DNA of 64,000 bases from Tubiluchus corallicola (taxonomy: Eukaryota > Animalia > Priapulida): the NCBI GenBank assembly GCA_030141605.1, contig JAQGDQ010000038.1:62001-126000 (forward strand), given 5' to 3'. Below the pieces are notes generated by a model. That model saw only the letters and a list, made by a program, of their open reading frames with translations, did no database searches and had not been told where the DNA came from. The position numbers were made by a program, and so were the translations under genes. Shown here piece by piece: positions 29,301 to 42,907 of the stretch (within the stretch, counting starts at the first letter, position 1; each line of letters opens with the position of its first letter).

Positions 29301-32300
29301 TTTGTCAGGGCAATTTTCCCCATTTCAAAGAATCACAAGTCTGATAGAAAACCTGCATTACTGATCAGTGGTTCACAAATGACGCGCGTCACAATTTTTC
29401 AAAAATTGACCGATAACACACGCGCGACAAATAAGGCATCGTCTAACAAATTCAGCTCATTATGGGCCACAGCGATTCAATAGAAACAGGTTCGCTTGAT
29501 TCAATACCTCTTTCCGATTGATAAGCCAGGGACTAACTCCCTGCCACGGCCCGGGGCATTCAATTCAACATTCAGGAAAATAATGCAAGGGTTCTCCTTT
29601 CAACCCATTGTATTGCCGGTTTCTATAGCCCTGTTGCAACCATATACCACATTACAGCAACATAAAGGGTTGGGGCCTGCTTTCCTGGCGCTTTGTGCCA
29701 CCACAAATGAAGAGTTACGCCTTAAAAGCACATGAAAGGTTGTCTAGTATCGAATGGCGGGTAACGGTCCGTAATACACGCTTATAACATTAGGGAAAGC
29801 CATATAACTCTTTATAGGTGTTGTACCTAAGGCTATTATTGCGCAAAGGGGTTGCCTCTCGCTTGCCGAGGCGAGTCTAACGTCTATTATACGTCTATTT
29901 TAACCCTTCGCAGTAAGGCACGAGTAGAAGAATTGCATAAAGCCCTGAATGGCGTCCGGCCCTCTAACACGATCCCCCCAATAGAGTTATTGAATGAACG
30001 GTCGTTAAATGTAAACCCATGCCCACATCTGCGCCTCAAGTCTTTCTCATTCTAATCTCCAGGAAAAAACTCACAACACGTGCCCATGTTTGGGCGTGCT
30101 ATCCCGATACAAACTGCCGACAAAAACCTTTACAACATAGGCAACGCTTTCCTAATGATCTAAATTTCATCAACTTCCGTTTCACAAGATTAGAAAAATA
30201 TAAAATCAGTCGTTTTCATGCGTTTTATTACAGAAAAAAAAGAACAAATGTTTATGTTAAGAATGGTCGTGTATCAGCGTAGAACTAAAAGATATGAATC
30301 TATCTTACTTGCCCAATTTAATACGAGAATTTTCGTGCTAAACCCAAGATAATCCAAATATCCAACATTTTGTGCCGTAAACCACAATAAATTAAAACAA
30401 ATAATTTCCCGCCATTACTCGTTTTGGTTTATTGAGGGTTACTGTACCAAAATGATAATTTCACTGATAGTAGTGGTCGATTACTTTCTGTTACATGTAT
30501 CATTTGTTTAGGTTAGATTAACAAATTTATAGGTTGTATTTATGTGTTTGTAATTTGTCTTTCATAGTTCTATTATGCTATTTGACTGAGGATAAATAAT
30601 GTGATATTCTAAACATTTCTAATAGAAAGAGAAGGTTGTTACAATGCTAACGAATTTGTCGTAGGTGTTTTTATTTTCTATGAAGCAGCAAAAGTTTGTT
30701 TGCAAGAATGCTGGATAACATTTTAAAAAAATTACAAAATTTCTCCTCAGCCAAAGACGAACAGTAAAGTCGAGTTCAACAGTAACACCGAATCTTAGTG
30801 TTATTTTTGCTACTGATTCTGTGCTTCTCAAAAAACCAATTACACAATATATAGTCCTAACGGGTCCTTAGTTCTTTCACTCTCAACAAATATAATGCTT
30901 ATTTAAATTTATGCAAACGAAAAACCACACATAAAGCTTACAAAAGTTTTCCAATAATGTCATACTCAATAAATCAAATACTTTGTTACTCCACGGAACT
31001 TGTATATATATATAGCATACCAATATTGCATGACATTAGGCCGGTTTTTGCTGTCAATGTGTCAAATACCTGCAGGTGCAAATTAACTTTACAACTGAGT
31101 TAAGGGTCAGTTTTAATGATGTAACCAAGTAAATGAGATTGCAAGTTTTCGTGGCTATTTATTTTTTCACTTATATTATTTAAAATCACAAAGATATTAC
31201 ATTGTGCCCTCTATAATGAACCCTTTTGATTGTTTTTTACCTACGTCTTTACTAAGGTGTTTTCTGCACACGTGTTTTTTACAAAAGAGCTGCATCAGCT
31301 GCAGCAGAGCACGATTACCATATCAGTACACAAGGGTTAAATGGCATGAATAACAGGACTAATATTGATGTTAACCCATTGCGCGGCGCTAAATAACAAA
31401 TTATATGCATGTATGAGTTACAGATTAGTAGCCTATTAATCTTAACCCTGCACTGCTTATTATGGACAATAGCGCCACCGTTAAGCTTATTAACCCTTTT
31501 GTTGTGCACAGAATGACGTATTGGGGGGCTTGATGCATTGCAATAGCTATACATTTCTCATGCCCCTGATGAATGACGTTAGTGACTGTTGTGCTTTTGG
31601 TGATTTTTGCGACTAATATAAACGAGCCAAAAAGCCTGAATAAAAATCGAAAGGAACTGTTGATTATCCAAAACCCACGTATTCAGAAAAAAGACAAGAC
31701 AATGTAAAAGTGTATCTTGTCAACTGTCTCAACTGAAACTTGTTCAGCTGAGTTAAAGTTCAGTTTAAAAAACTCGTCACATCGAGCGCGATTTTTGGTT
31801 CTGATATGTCGCACGTTTACAAAAACCTCGTTCTCCATACACCCCTCCCCACAGTCTAAGTTCAACTAATGAAAGGACAAAAGCTGGAAGAAAAACAAGG
31901 ATCCATCATGAAGGGAATTAACCGAGCCAAGACAATATTCGTGTAGGTCTGCCAGGTTGCTGTGCCCTCACGCACGTAGCTGGTCTCTTTCACAAACAAC
32001 ACGATCACATTATTTTAACTTCACCCTCTGTTTGACAAGCCGTCAAAAAGATCTGGTCCTGCAACTCATCGCATCTACTCATTAGTGTCAAAACGAGTTT
32101 ACTTTATCTTATTCTTTGCACAAAGAACTTTTGCTGCCCAATGAAGGGAATAACCTTTTCAGGACTAACTGTTTATCGTGTGCAGTACTGATGTTTTAAT
32201 GATGGCAAGGCTTCGCAATTAGTACCCAACTACTAGCACAAAATGTCAAAAAAGCTGTGATTTCAGCTATTATTGACATGATGCTTGAAGACCCTTTGTC

Positions 32301-32376
32301 AAGTTATAGAATAAGTTGATAGACCTCTAGTCTAGTGGCTTATAGTGTAAATGTCTTACGACTAAAAGGTCAGAGT

Positions 32377-32445
32377 ACCTCTGTGGTGTAATGGTCGGCA
32401 TAGCTGCCCGCAAAGCAGGACTTGGGTTCAAGTCCCAGAGAGGTG
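32377..32445 (+). pseudogene. tRNA-like sequence (tRNA pseudogene or SINE head)
   Basis: A box TGGTGTAATGG, B box GGTTCAAGTCC, anticodon arm CTGC-CCGCAAA-GCAG, T stem TTGGG/CCCAG and acceptor ACCTCT/AGAGGT (only 6 bp). U33 is missing. Confidence 0.7.
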
Positions 32446-35078
32446 AAAAAATTTTCAAATTTTGTATTTTAGTGCTACTTTCTTGCATGTATGCCAAAAA
32501 TAAAAAAATATTCTTTCTAAGCTAATACCACATCCACTACACAGCAAGTCTACTTTGAACCAAAATATCATGTTGATTCGATCTAGGTCCTTTAATTGTT
32601 TTCCTACCAGGAATATCATCCAGTTCAAGACAATTTCTGATCCAGCTTAAGCAAATGTGAGTTATATTCCAGAGGACTGAAACAGTAAAAGAGAGTCAAC
32701 AAGCAATTGAAAATTACTCTAGATAAACAAAACATTTGTTTGCAGTGTGTACAAAATTAGGTCCCAAGTCAAAAATTTATGTAAGTGTAAATAGGAAGCC
32801 TTTCCCTTATTTAAATTCAAAATGCGTCGGATCATTTTCGGTCCACATTCGGCTGGTCTCGGCCTCTCTCGGATGTCAGCTCATTTCAGATGCTGCCAAA
32901 TATGGCAAAACGGGCATAGCCAACCTGACAGCAGCTAGGCCCAAGCCCGAGAAGGCAATGCTGGGTGCCCTGTACATCAAGGGGATCTGATTCAAAAGTA
33001 TGCATTACATACAAATACATACTTTTAACAGTTTACTTTCAGGAAAACAAATCGCTGGGTTTATGTAGCCTGGGTTTATGTAAACACGTTACATTCGCAG
33101 GAACAGATAAAACGTTGGATAAAAATTTCATAAATTTATTGTTTTTTCATTTTCGTTACCTTAGAAAACAACTTAAATGTTTAATTTTCAACTATGAATT
33201 GTAAAAAACAATTTAAGCAAAATTATAATCATACAACTGTATGGAGAGTCATAAGGGTTTGCAGGTTGGGGCCCTACAATCATACTATTAGCAAAGCTTA
33301 GAGATAAACTAGTTAATGCCCCGTACCTATTAGGCAAAAATCTGACAGCAGTGGGTGGGTGAGCCTTATAACACGCTCAGCACCATTGTCAGAGAGTTGG
33401 CAGATATTGACTCTTCTCATTCAAACCAAAAAGGGCAGCCTGTTCTGGTGCATGGGAATTACTTGGTCACTCACCCCGTTCTCAAAACGAAAGGAAAAAT
33501 TCCAATGGACATTTTGTTACTTTCACAGAACTCGTTGTAGCCACTTAACTCACTTTTGCCACTTACATTAACCCTGGTCCTAATTATTAGCTTTTAACCA
33601 GCACGTTTTAGGGGCTAGGAATGTTCACGCTGATGCTAGTGGACTACACTCTGCATTAGATTTTGACCAGAGGGAATTTTTTCTCTTTTTTGAAACGCCT
33701 TAACTTAACATTTTTTGCACAACACATCATTGTGAAAGCAAAATAGGCCTCAGCGCATGCTCAAAATCAAAGTTCGAACCATTTTGCACCACATTCTAGC
33801 TTCTTGCAACTATGCAGCTATGCTTAACAAAATTAAGTGATTTCGGTTATAATTACACAAATTACGCAGTGCCATTGAGGATCAAGACCTAATCAATCTG
33901 ACTGCATTCTCAGTAAAAATTGGCAAAATCATGCGTATAACAAGTCCCAAACTACCAAACAAGCCTAGCACGCAGCAAATTGCAAGAAAAGCGTCTAATT
34001 ATTTTATTCTAATTTAATCATTAATCATCAATTAATTCACTGCTGACCCACCCACTAAACACGTTGCATCGCTTCGTTACCTATTATTTACACGAAAGCC
34101 TTTCAAATCGCGGCTGGTTTGCGTGATATTCTGCTGGGTCTGTATAATGGCTGTCCGCAACCACAGTGGTAGATTTAATTGTATACCTGTGTGCATACTA
34201 ATCAGAAATAGCCTGCGTAGGTGTTGCTCGGGCTCGTACCAGCACCTGTCTAACCACAATAGGCTATTTGGCCTTGCCGTTGTCCACCATAATGACGGCT
34301 AATCTCTACACAAGACCCACAAGCTCTTGCAAATTACTTAACTTTGTTCACAACAGAGGCAAGACCATTACAAGAATTATGCAAAGTTTTTGAAAAGGAA
34401 TAACTCTGTTATTTGCAGCACCTTTCATCATCACTCCTTAGAAATCATTACTATCTAAGGAATTTGGTAACTTTATTACCAATGACTATATAAGTAAGTT
34501 AATACTTTTGAATATACTGAACAGAAATAACATGTGTACAGATCGCTTAAGGCCACAAAAGACGACGTTTTTTTTTAAATTTCAATCTCACTTTTTTTCC
34601 AAAAATGCTCCCACACTTCATGAATTTCACTAGAAAAGTGAACACGTAACAAAACATAAAGAACGACTTCATGAGCCAAACTACATACTAAATCAACGAC
34701 AATGAAAACCATATAAACAAGGAGATAAGTCAACGCACATCCGAGATGAGTTATGAAACTAACTCTGAGCAGAAACTAGAAACCTATATTATCCGCAGGG
34801 TGTTTTACAGAGCAAGAGCTAATGCATGACGTATCTAATGACAACTTCTTAATGATACTATGTTTGCAAAGCTGTTAATGAAACGCAAAGAACTATCACC
34901 TTAATTGATATAGCGACAGTACTATTGGAATTACTTCGGAAGAATATTCTGACAACAAGAAATAAATTTATATATTATTTCTTAAATTTGAGAAAAATAG
35001 AACTACACATGTTATAATCATTTACAACTTCAACGAGTTAGAACGACTTAATTAATGAAAATATTCAGAGACGTAAAC

Positions 35079-35443
35079 CTTGCTATTAAAAAGACTCGAT
35101 ATCGAACTCGATGTCGAAAAAGGACAATATCGAATAACGCCATACTGCGGTATTATTAATAGAAGAACCATAAACTCTGCCCGACAACCCTTTTATAGAT
35201 GTAACGCAATGCGCCGAGATAATAGTAGCAACGGGTGCTGAGGCAGGTGTCTCTGCCGTCACTGAAACCATAGAGTTCCATTCAGCAAGCAGGAAGAGTT
35301 GATAGGCATCACAAATCAGTGAAATTACACTTGTCAGAGTTGGATAACAGGCTCGAAGAAGGGCTTTCAAAGAGGTGAACGGGTGCCGCAGTCTGACGCA
35401 ACAGGATGATGACAAGGTTGCTGATTAATGATGCGCAGTTATC
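35079..35443 (-). other. Candidate internal exon (365 nt) carrying several small ORFs
   Basis: Acceptor TATCGTTTCTGCAG|G and a weaker donor AAG|GTTTAC. The segment is more GC-rich than its flanks. Confidence 0.4.
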
Positions 35444-38400
35444 CTGCAGAAACGATACTATAATTGGCAGTTTGCGAAATGCGAAAAAATTATGACGAAA
35501 ACGCAGCTGGTGGAAGCATAAAAAATGGAGCAAAAGAGTTTATGCGTAAATCTTGTCAACTGTAAAAGTGTAAATGCGTAGAGAATTGACAACCAAGGGG
35601 AGGAGTTATATATTGTCCTCTTCCAGGGCAGCTGCTACGTGCACAGATGGGTTTTAGTCGTGTACGATAAATAACTTCAGACCCAAATTATCAAAAATTT
35701 AATGATTAACGTTCACGCAAGAGAAACAGGGCAATAATCTTGCTCCAGAAGAACCAGAAAACATAATATATGCAAACTTGCCATTCAGCCATCCAATGCA
35801 CGCAACTCTGAACACCTCAGAAGGATCAGGACTTCGGGAAACGTCCCGAACAAAGCTCAATTTTTTCCGTTGGGAAAAGGAGGAAAATGCCGAACGTATG
35901 ATGAAAAATAAACACTTTGCAAATACGCATACACGCTTGATAGACAGCGTACAAAAAACTACTAACACGCAAGACTTGCGGGATCCTCATTCGATCCTGG
36001 GGCGCATTGTCCGCAAAAGGTAACCCGAGGCTTGGTTATATTCGCATAAGGTTAAGAGTTAGACAAATACAAACAAACTCAACATGAGACGTCGTTGTCC
36101 TCCACAATACCCGCTTGATAAAAAAGCACTGTAACAAACCACGGAGAGTCTATTGCGTTTTTTGCAGATTTTCCTGACCCGAGGGCGGGCAAGACAAAGG
36201 ACAAGGCCCACATCGCAGCTGGTTAGTATTAACGGGAATGCTCTTGCTGCTCAGTAATAAATGCATGCGACTGAAAATTATATTTCTCAACACAATTGAA
36301 GTATTAGCACGAACGAGAGAAACCCTAGGGGAAAAGCTTGGCCTCGACCAAGGCTGGAAAATTTAATTACCGCGCTCGAGGGGTGTGACGTTATCATTTC
36401 GACAAAAATAAGCACAATATTTTACTATAACTAGTGTACGCCTAATCACATAATAAAAAGTAGATCTGACTCTGCACATCATTGCATGAAAAAAGTAATT
36501 CTAGCACTGATGAAAGAAATTGAGAACCGGAATTTTTACCCTTCAAGCAGCTACCAACCCGGTCTACGACAGAAATCAGATCGAGCATGAAATATCAACC
36601 CCACAAGTCTTTCAATTTACAGCAGAAATCACTTAATTTTGCGGGTAATTCATTAAGGTTGCCGGAGCCTGACAATGACTGCTTTTCTGCATTCTGCAAC
36701 TGCGGATAATGCCGCGCATTTAGCGCAACAGCGATATTGTACGGTGCATAACTTAAACAGCTCTTTGTAGAAAAAGGGATCTCCACATTTCGTGAAAACT
36801 TTGCGCGCAAAGGAGGGAGGAAGTCGATTTCTAACCGTGTTACCAGGAACAAAGCCTGTGAGCAGACGTGACAGAGTTTTGATAAAACCCCCCGGAGGGC
36901 AGCACAATAGCCATAACGTTACGAATTACGACATCTGCACATTCTGCAGCAATCAATGAATCTTGCTCGCAAGAAAAAATAGCACCTTTTTCGTCGTAAT
37001 TAAAAAGCAACAACTCTGTCAATTGTAAAAATGAATTTAAGGCCATATAGATCATCATTATATTGATTCAATCAGCTCAATGTGTTATCACTCAAAACAT
37101 TTTCAACTTCAAGTATTGCGGATTTGAAAAAAGTAGTTAAGTCGTGTTAATTAATTAAATAATTTATTTCGACACTGCAAAAATTTCAGATAAATGAAAT
37201 CGCGTCGTTCAAACACTAAGATCCCCGCTAAATATAATTATCTACGAATTAAAGAAGTTATGCAACAACGACCAATCTAACGTTAGGGTACTAGTAGTAA
37301 CGTATCTCAAAGATTTGCACTTAAAAGTACAATTTATCCATTATGTATTCTACGTAGGTTAACTAGTGGGTTGCTATTTCCGATATTACCCGTTCCCAAG
37401 GGTAACACACCCTAGAAACAAGCATTCGCAAACGATTCCTCCCTGACAATGGGACTTTTTGTTGGCAAACAAGTGCGCATTGCTACGGGAGCCGAAAACG
37501 GGCACAACACTTTTCCTTGAACCCTCCTAATGAGTTTAAATGACCTCCATGCAGGAAACTCGCTCTCCTAAAAATTCCTTTCACTAGCAGAAGAAATTAC
37601 AAGCAAGGAATAGATCAAGTCACACCTGTTGGGTGATGTCACAACGATTAGAGCTCAGGTGAAGGTAGCACAATTTTTCTGGAGAATCGCACTGCACGTG
37701 CCATTTGGAAATCTTCGGCTCAACCGTGCACTCTTGGGATTAGAAGACATACAAATATCACAGGCATTGCGGCAGCGCGGCATATTTTTCCAAATAGCCT
37801 TTTACACGATGAAAACTTTCTGAAAGTAAGCAACCGAAAGGCCACCAAAATTATACCTACTCAAGGCTTTAGCTGAGATAACAAATGAATGAAAAGAACC
37901 CAAGCAATAACATAAAATGTAAATCTATTGCGAGACAAAAACAAAGAGCAATATTTTTCTTCTTCTTGGGGTAAAAAAACAAGCTACATGCAGGTCTACC
38001 ATACACAATGCACAAGGCTTAAATAACTTAGAAGAAATTAAAAGAACTTAGAAGACATTCTACAGTTGTGTATGCTAGTCATTACTGGATTTCTTACATA
38101 TTACTGTAAACTACAGCGATATTATGCTCATCTACAAAAGCCTCACATATTTATTCCTAGAAGACACCCAAATTTGCTAAGCACATTGATCAACTAATTG
38201 CTGGTTGAGTCTGCATAAGGTCAGAGTTGTAAATTCTACCGCATTAATTTTTTTGACTGACTGAAAAGCAATATTTTATTTAACACTACATTCTATATCC
38301 TTAAAAACTTACAGTCACAGAATAAAGATTTTCACGTGATATCACTTTTCACAAAATTAATAGACGTTACATGTAATTTTGAAGACATATGGAACTACAC

Positions 38401-40129
38401 CCATGGTTATTCTACTAAGGTCTTTAAATATTTTTTGTGGACAATTTTAACTGCTCTGAGCCTCTGAAGCAACAAACAGGCATGCATTGTAATGTTACAT
38501 TTGCTTACTTGGCACTGAGAGGGTATAACAATAAAGTAATGTGTTAACCAGTTTGGCAGTTTACAGCCACAATAGGCTGGAAAGGGTTAACTAGCTTGAC
38601 GCGTGTTTGAGCACAAAAGAGTTAACAGGGCTCAAAGGGCTAACAGCAATAATAAACAGTATTATTATGGGTATTTAAGGACGGCCCTTTAAACCAATAA
38701 CAACGATGCTAGCCAGCATTTTTCAGTAGAGTTTTTATCAAATTAACTAATCAGAAAAACGAGTAAAAAAACATGAAGTTTGAATTAAAATTTCACACAT
38801 ATTAAAGTAACGAAGTATAGTATAGCTTGCACTCGAAGGTGAAAGAGTTAAGCCGATTCTGTTTTGTGCCTATTGCATTTTTTTCTTTGAAAAGATTCAA
38901 ACTTGAAAAAAATCTATGAACAACAAGCTAAGTTAATGCTAAGACATGATAAAATTAAGTACACGCTACAAGAAAATAAGTAACAAGAATATTGAAATTA
39001 GTAACTTAAACACAATATGCGCCCAATTTTTAGTTGATTGCCCAATTTCTTGATTTTGGTTAAGCATTGTTTTTGTTTTTCATATGTTGCCTTTATAAAT
39101 AAATTTCGTTCTAAACTTGCTGACAATAACAAATAAATGAGAAACTCGAGGAACAGTTTCTGCAAGGCTTAATCTGTCGACAGGCCTACTTTTGCAATTA
39201 AAAATTAAAAGTTTAACCTTTACCATGTTCTAAAACCATTTAGTAATTAAAAACTAAAATGCTTAGTTTTACCACTTTAATACGGAACAACTATAATAAG
39301 AGTAAATATTTACCAAAGCATTGCAATGTAGTCAGGAATAAGATGTTTAAGTCATAATAGTTTACTCTGTGAATATGAAAACGTAAAATTTTGCGCAACA
39401 AATTTAGTGCTTTTAGTCGTTTAGCTCTGCGGGTGAAACGGCTGCCAGGCATCGCCTTGACCCAAACCCTAAACCATGCAAAATAGGCGAACAAAAAGCA
39501 GGAATGCAAATTGCACTAGGTAAGGTAATCTGGCCGGCTTTGCATTCTTATTGTTACTGTGTAAAATTTTTCAAAAAAGGTGAAGTAGCCGGCTCGCTGG
39601 CAGCAGTTTTTTAAAAAGACATAAAAGCTGATGAAAAAACCTAAGCCACTATAATCATTCGTAAGATATAGTCACTATAGTTAGCTGGCAACTGGCAACC
39701 AGCAGTGAATTAGATGTCTTAATGGAATATGTACAATATGCATGAGAACTTTGCATCAAAACATATTTTAGATATGGAATTATTTACATTCCATAGAGTC
39801 TGAACAACATGGCCTATTAAATATTGAGTTTAAAAAATCCCGTTTTTTCAAAAGTAGTCAAAAGTTTAAATATTGAAACTAAAACTAAACTGGATGCTTC
39901 AAACATTAATGTCGTTGATACTTGAAAACCACGATAACCACAACAACAATGAATATTCTTAGAAATATGTCCATCGTTTGGTATTGCAGAAATTGACAGA
40001 TAAGTTTGTTTAAAAAAAATTAAACAGTCTGACAAACCTAAAATAAACTTTGCAAACTTTATTAGAACTAGTAATATTAGGCTCGTATAGACAAAGGAAC
40101 AAATCAGAGCATTTATCTATCCCCAAATC

Positions 40130-40422
40130 GTTCATTAATTCACTCATTCATTCACTTTAGTTATTCAGTTTCACAATCAATAGGTCAGCCAGTCACCTAG
40201 CCAGTCAGTCGGTAGATTGGCCTGTCAGTTAATCATTAGGTCCGTAGGTTAGTCAGTGAATCAGTTGGTCAGCCTGTTAGTCAGAGGGTTAGTCAGTAAG
40301 TCATATAAGCAGGCAGTCAAATTAATCTGCCTATCTACAGTTATCTGATCGCCTGTTTGCTCAGGTGACTGCTCGTCTTTTCGTTTGATTTTAATTTATT
40401 CACTACCCCATTCATTCATTCA
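40130..40422. repeat. Degenerate tetranucleotide tract (TTCA/AGTC)n
   Basis: Recurrent ttca, agtc and ggtc units. Confidence 0.7.
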
Positions 40423-42504
40423 TACGATCCTATTTCTGTAGCGACATTCAATTCAAGTTGTCTTACATTTATTGCTCTTTTCAATATTTCTAACAGAATA
40501 AACTCAGCTTAGAATTTTAGTTTCAAGAATGATTTTTGTGTAGTTTAGGAATACAATCATTCACTCGTGAATTCATTTATCATCTCAACTTCTAATAAGC
40601 TCAAAATCATTAAACAGTCCTTTTCTTTTTGGAAAAAAGATAAAAAGAACCTTCGACGTTGCACGTGTCACTATTGCGAGTTTTACATAAAGACAAACTA
40701 CACACAAATGGTAGATTAGTAGATTAGCCTTGAAGCTGTCAGCAAAAAGCTTACCCTGTCCATATTTTGTTCAACTCGGCAGGTGTTGGGGTCAATCTGA
40801 CCCTCATCTCAACACCCCCAGACGTGACACATCAATAATGCACAAATGCAGAACTGTATATTACGTCTATATAGATTAAAAATTCCTACAACCCTCTTAA
40901 AAGTTTGATAGCGAGCTATGGAAAAGGAGCTGCGTTCTTGAATTTCTTTTTACTAATATTTTTGAATTTGAACATTTGAACTGTATAAGCTTATTCATGG
41001 ATGTAAAATGTCATTTTAATAAACAAATATGGATCTGACCGCTTACAATATGAAGTGTGTAAAATTATTAGTTAGGTTACAGCAAAAACAAAATTCTTCA
41101 ACAACCAGGACTCTATTAACTGCTTTTTCCTCTTTCAATGTGTATTGACAATGACAGTACTTCAGCGTCACGAACTGTTATAAAAGTCATAATTCAATTG
41201 AACCAGAAGATCAATGCAGTAAAGAGGTTTTTTGCGTACAAAGAGAAAAATTATAGCATTTTACTCAAAGTGTTACTGAACGCTTTAGTTGCACACGTAC
41301 CCGCATAATTCGTTATAATTATATAACCGATCTTGCAAGAAGGAAAACTAAAATTACTCCAGCACCTGCGTATAAACTTATTAACTGACGCTCTATTCTC
41401 AATTTGATTTTAGAACTTAACTTGTTGTTCTGTAAATTGTAAATTTCGCAGTAACTAGTCATTTCTTAAATGTACTACTCGCATTTTTTTCAATTGCATT
41501 TGCCTGGAAGCTTCGCAGAGCAGTAGCCTTCGTTGGTTGTTTTATTTACTTTTTCTGTACACAAGAGAGCAGGTCATACAGTTCTGTGTACACCTCCCAT
41601 GATTTATAATCTAGGGCTGTGTCTTAGATAGCTACACTGATGGAAAACCCAATTTCTCTGCAAAAACTGTCACCTTAATACACGAGTTTAAAAAATGACC
41701 AACGCAGGCGCTGCCATTTGCCAAGTGCATTTATTTGGGCACAGAAACAATCAGTAACTTTTAAAGTGATGCGGCAAAGTATTTTCTACATAAGACCAGG
41801 GTAAAAATCAGTGCATTCGGAAAACTGAAGGATTATAAAAAGTAAAAAACCTCATCTACGGTGGAAACTGTACACCAATTATAAAAAAATTAATTTAGCA
41901 CTAAGTATTTCATGAAAGTGTCAATAATACACTACAGTTTTACAGTGCTTACAGTACCTTACAATACAGCAAAAAAGCAATCGCAGTTCTGCAAAAACAG
42001 TCTTTTGGTCTTATGGTAGCAGGCAGCAAATTATGGCAAATGTCTATGTTAGCCTTAAGATAGTCTCACATTTTCTTAACTCAGTAGGTCAAAGCATCGC
42101 TCAAGTAGTTTTAAATTTAAAAATATAATATTTCCATAATAATTTATTTACTTATATTAAATTGATAAGCAGCGATTAAGATGTTGACCCTGTAAAAAGA
42201 GTAATATTATTTCTTAAATGGACACGTACATAAGTCTTTAATTTAGGTATATAAAATGATAAAAATAAAATTGGCATGCACATTACATGTATACTATCAA
42301 GATAATTTTGTAACTAAAATTTGATTGCTTTATATGATTATTTACAAAGTATATAATTAACCGGTACTGCCAGAATAAAATAATAATAATCAACTAACAC
42401 ATAGAATTTTTAAAGTGTTTCTTTCGAATCCAAATTCACATTCATGGAAAATGTAAAAAAAGTTTTTGTAACTGTAATGATGAAATTTTCTACAGAATTT
42501 TAAA

Positions 42505-42907
42505 ATAAATTTCCCTGACATTTCCATGACTTTTCCCTAACCAAATATTGATTTTCCATGACCAAGGTAAGCAGAAATTGCATTATTCCAGTATACACAT
42601 TCAAACATTTTTGTGCCTGGACATTCATATATATACTGACATATAATGTGTCAGCCAATCATTATTTTTGGAAAGGAAATCGAAACTGGGAGCCTGCCAT
42701 AGCAAAATTTTATTTGAATGCAATTCACTGAAAAATATGTATGCAAAAATATCAGTTCACGGTGATTATTTTTGCAATCCTTTCTAATTTTCCTGGCTTT
42801 TTGCCCCACTTTCATAATTTTCCTGACGTTTTACCAAATTATCTCTTTCCCTGACTTTCCAGGATAGCCTCTATTATAAAGGATTTTCCCTGACCGTGGG
42901 AACCCTG
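42505..42907 (-). mobile_element. Truncated non-autonomous DNA-transposon-like element
   Basis: Repeated TTTCC(C/A)TGAC subterminal motifs. The terminus reads CAGGGTTCCCACGGTCAGGGAAAA on the minus strand. Confidence 0.6.

Noticed and set aside
33722-33745. 14-nt match ATCATTGTGAAAGC to bantam miRNA
   Set aside because: The seed differs (CACATC versus GAGATC) and there is no pre-miRNA hairpin.
33855-33878. AATGGCACTGC (miR-183/263/228 family 5' end) on the minus strand
   Set aside because: No star arm in the flanking sequence and the 3' half diverges.
40750-40860. Minus-strand exon ending CAGG|GTAAGC with a GGGTCAATCTGACCC hairpin
   Set aside because: The acceptor is weak and the palindrome resembles common transposon subterminal motifs; it cannot be supported as an exon.
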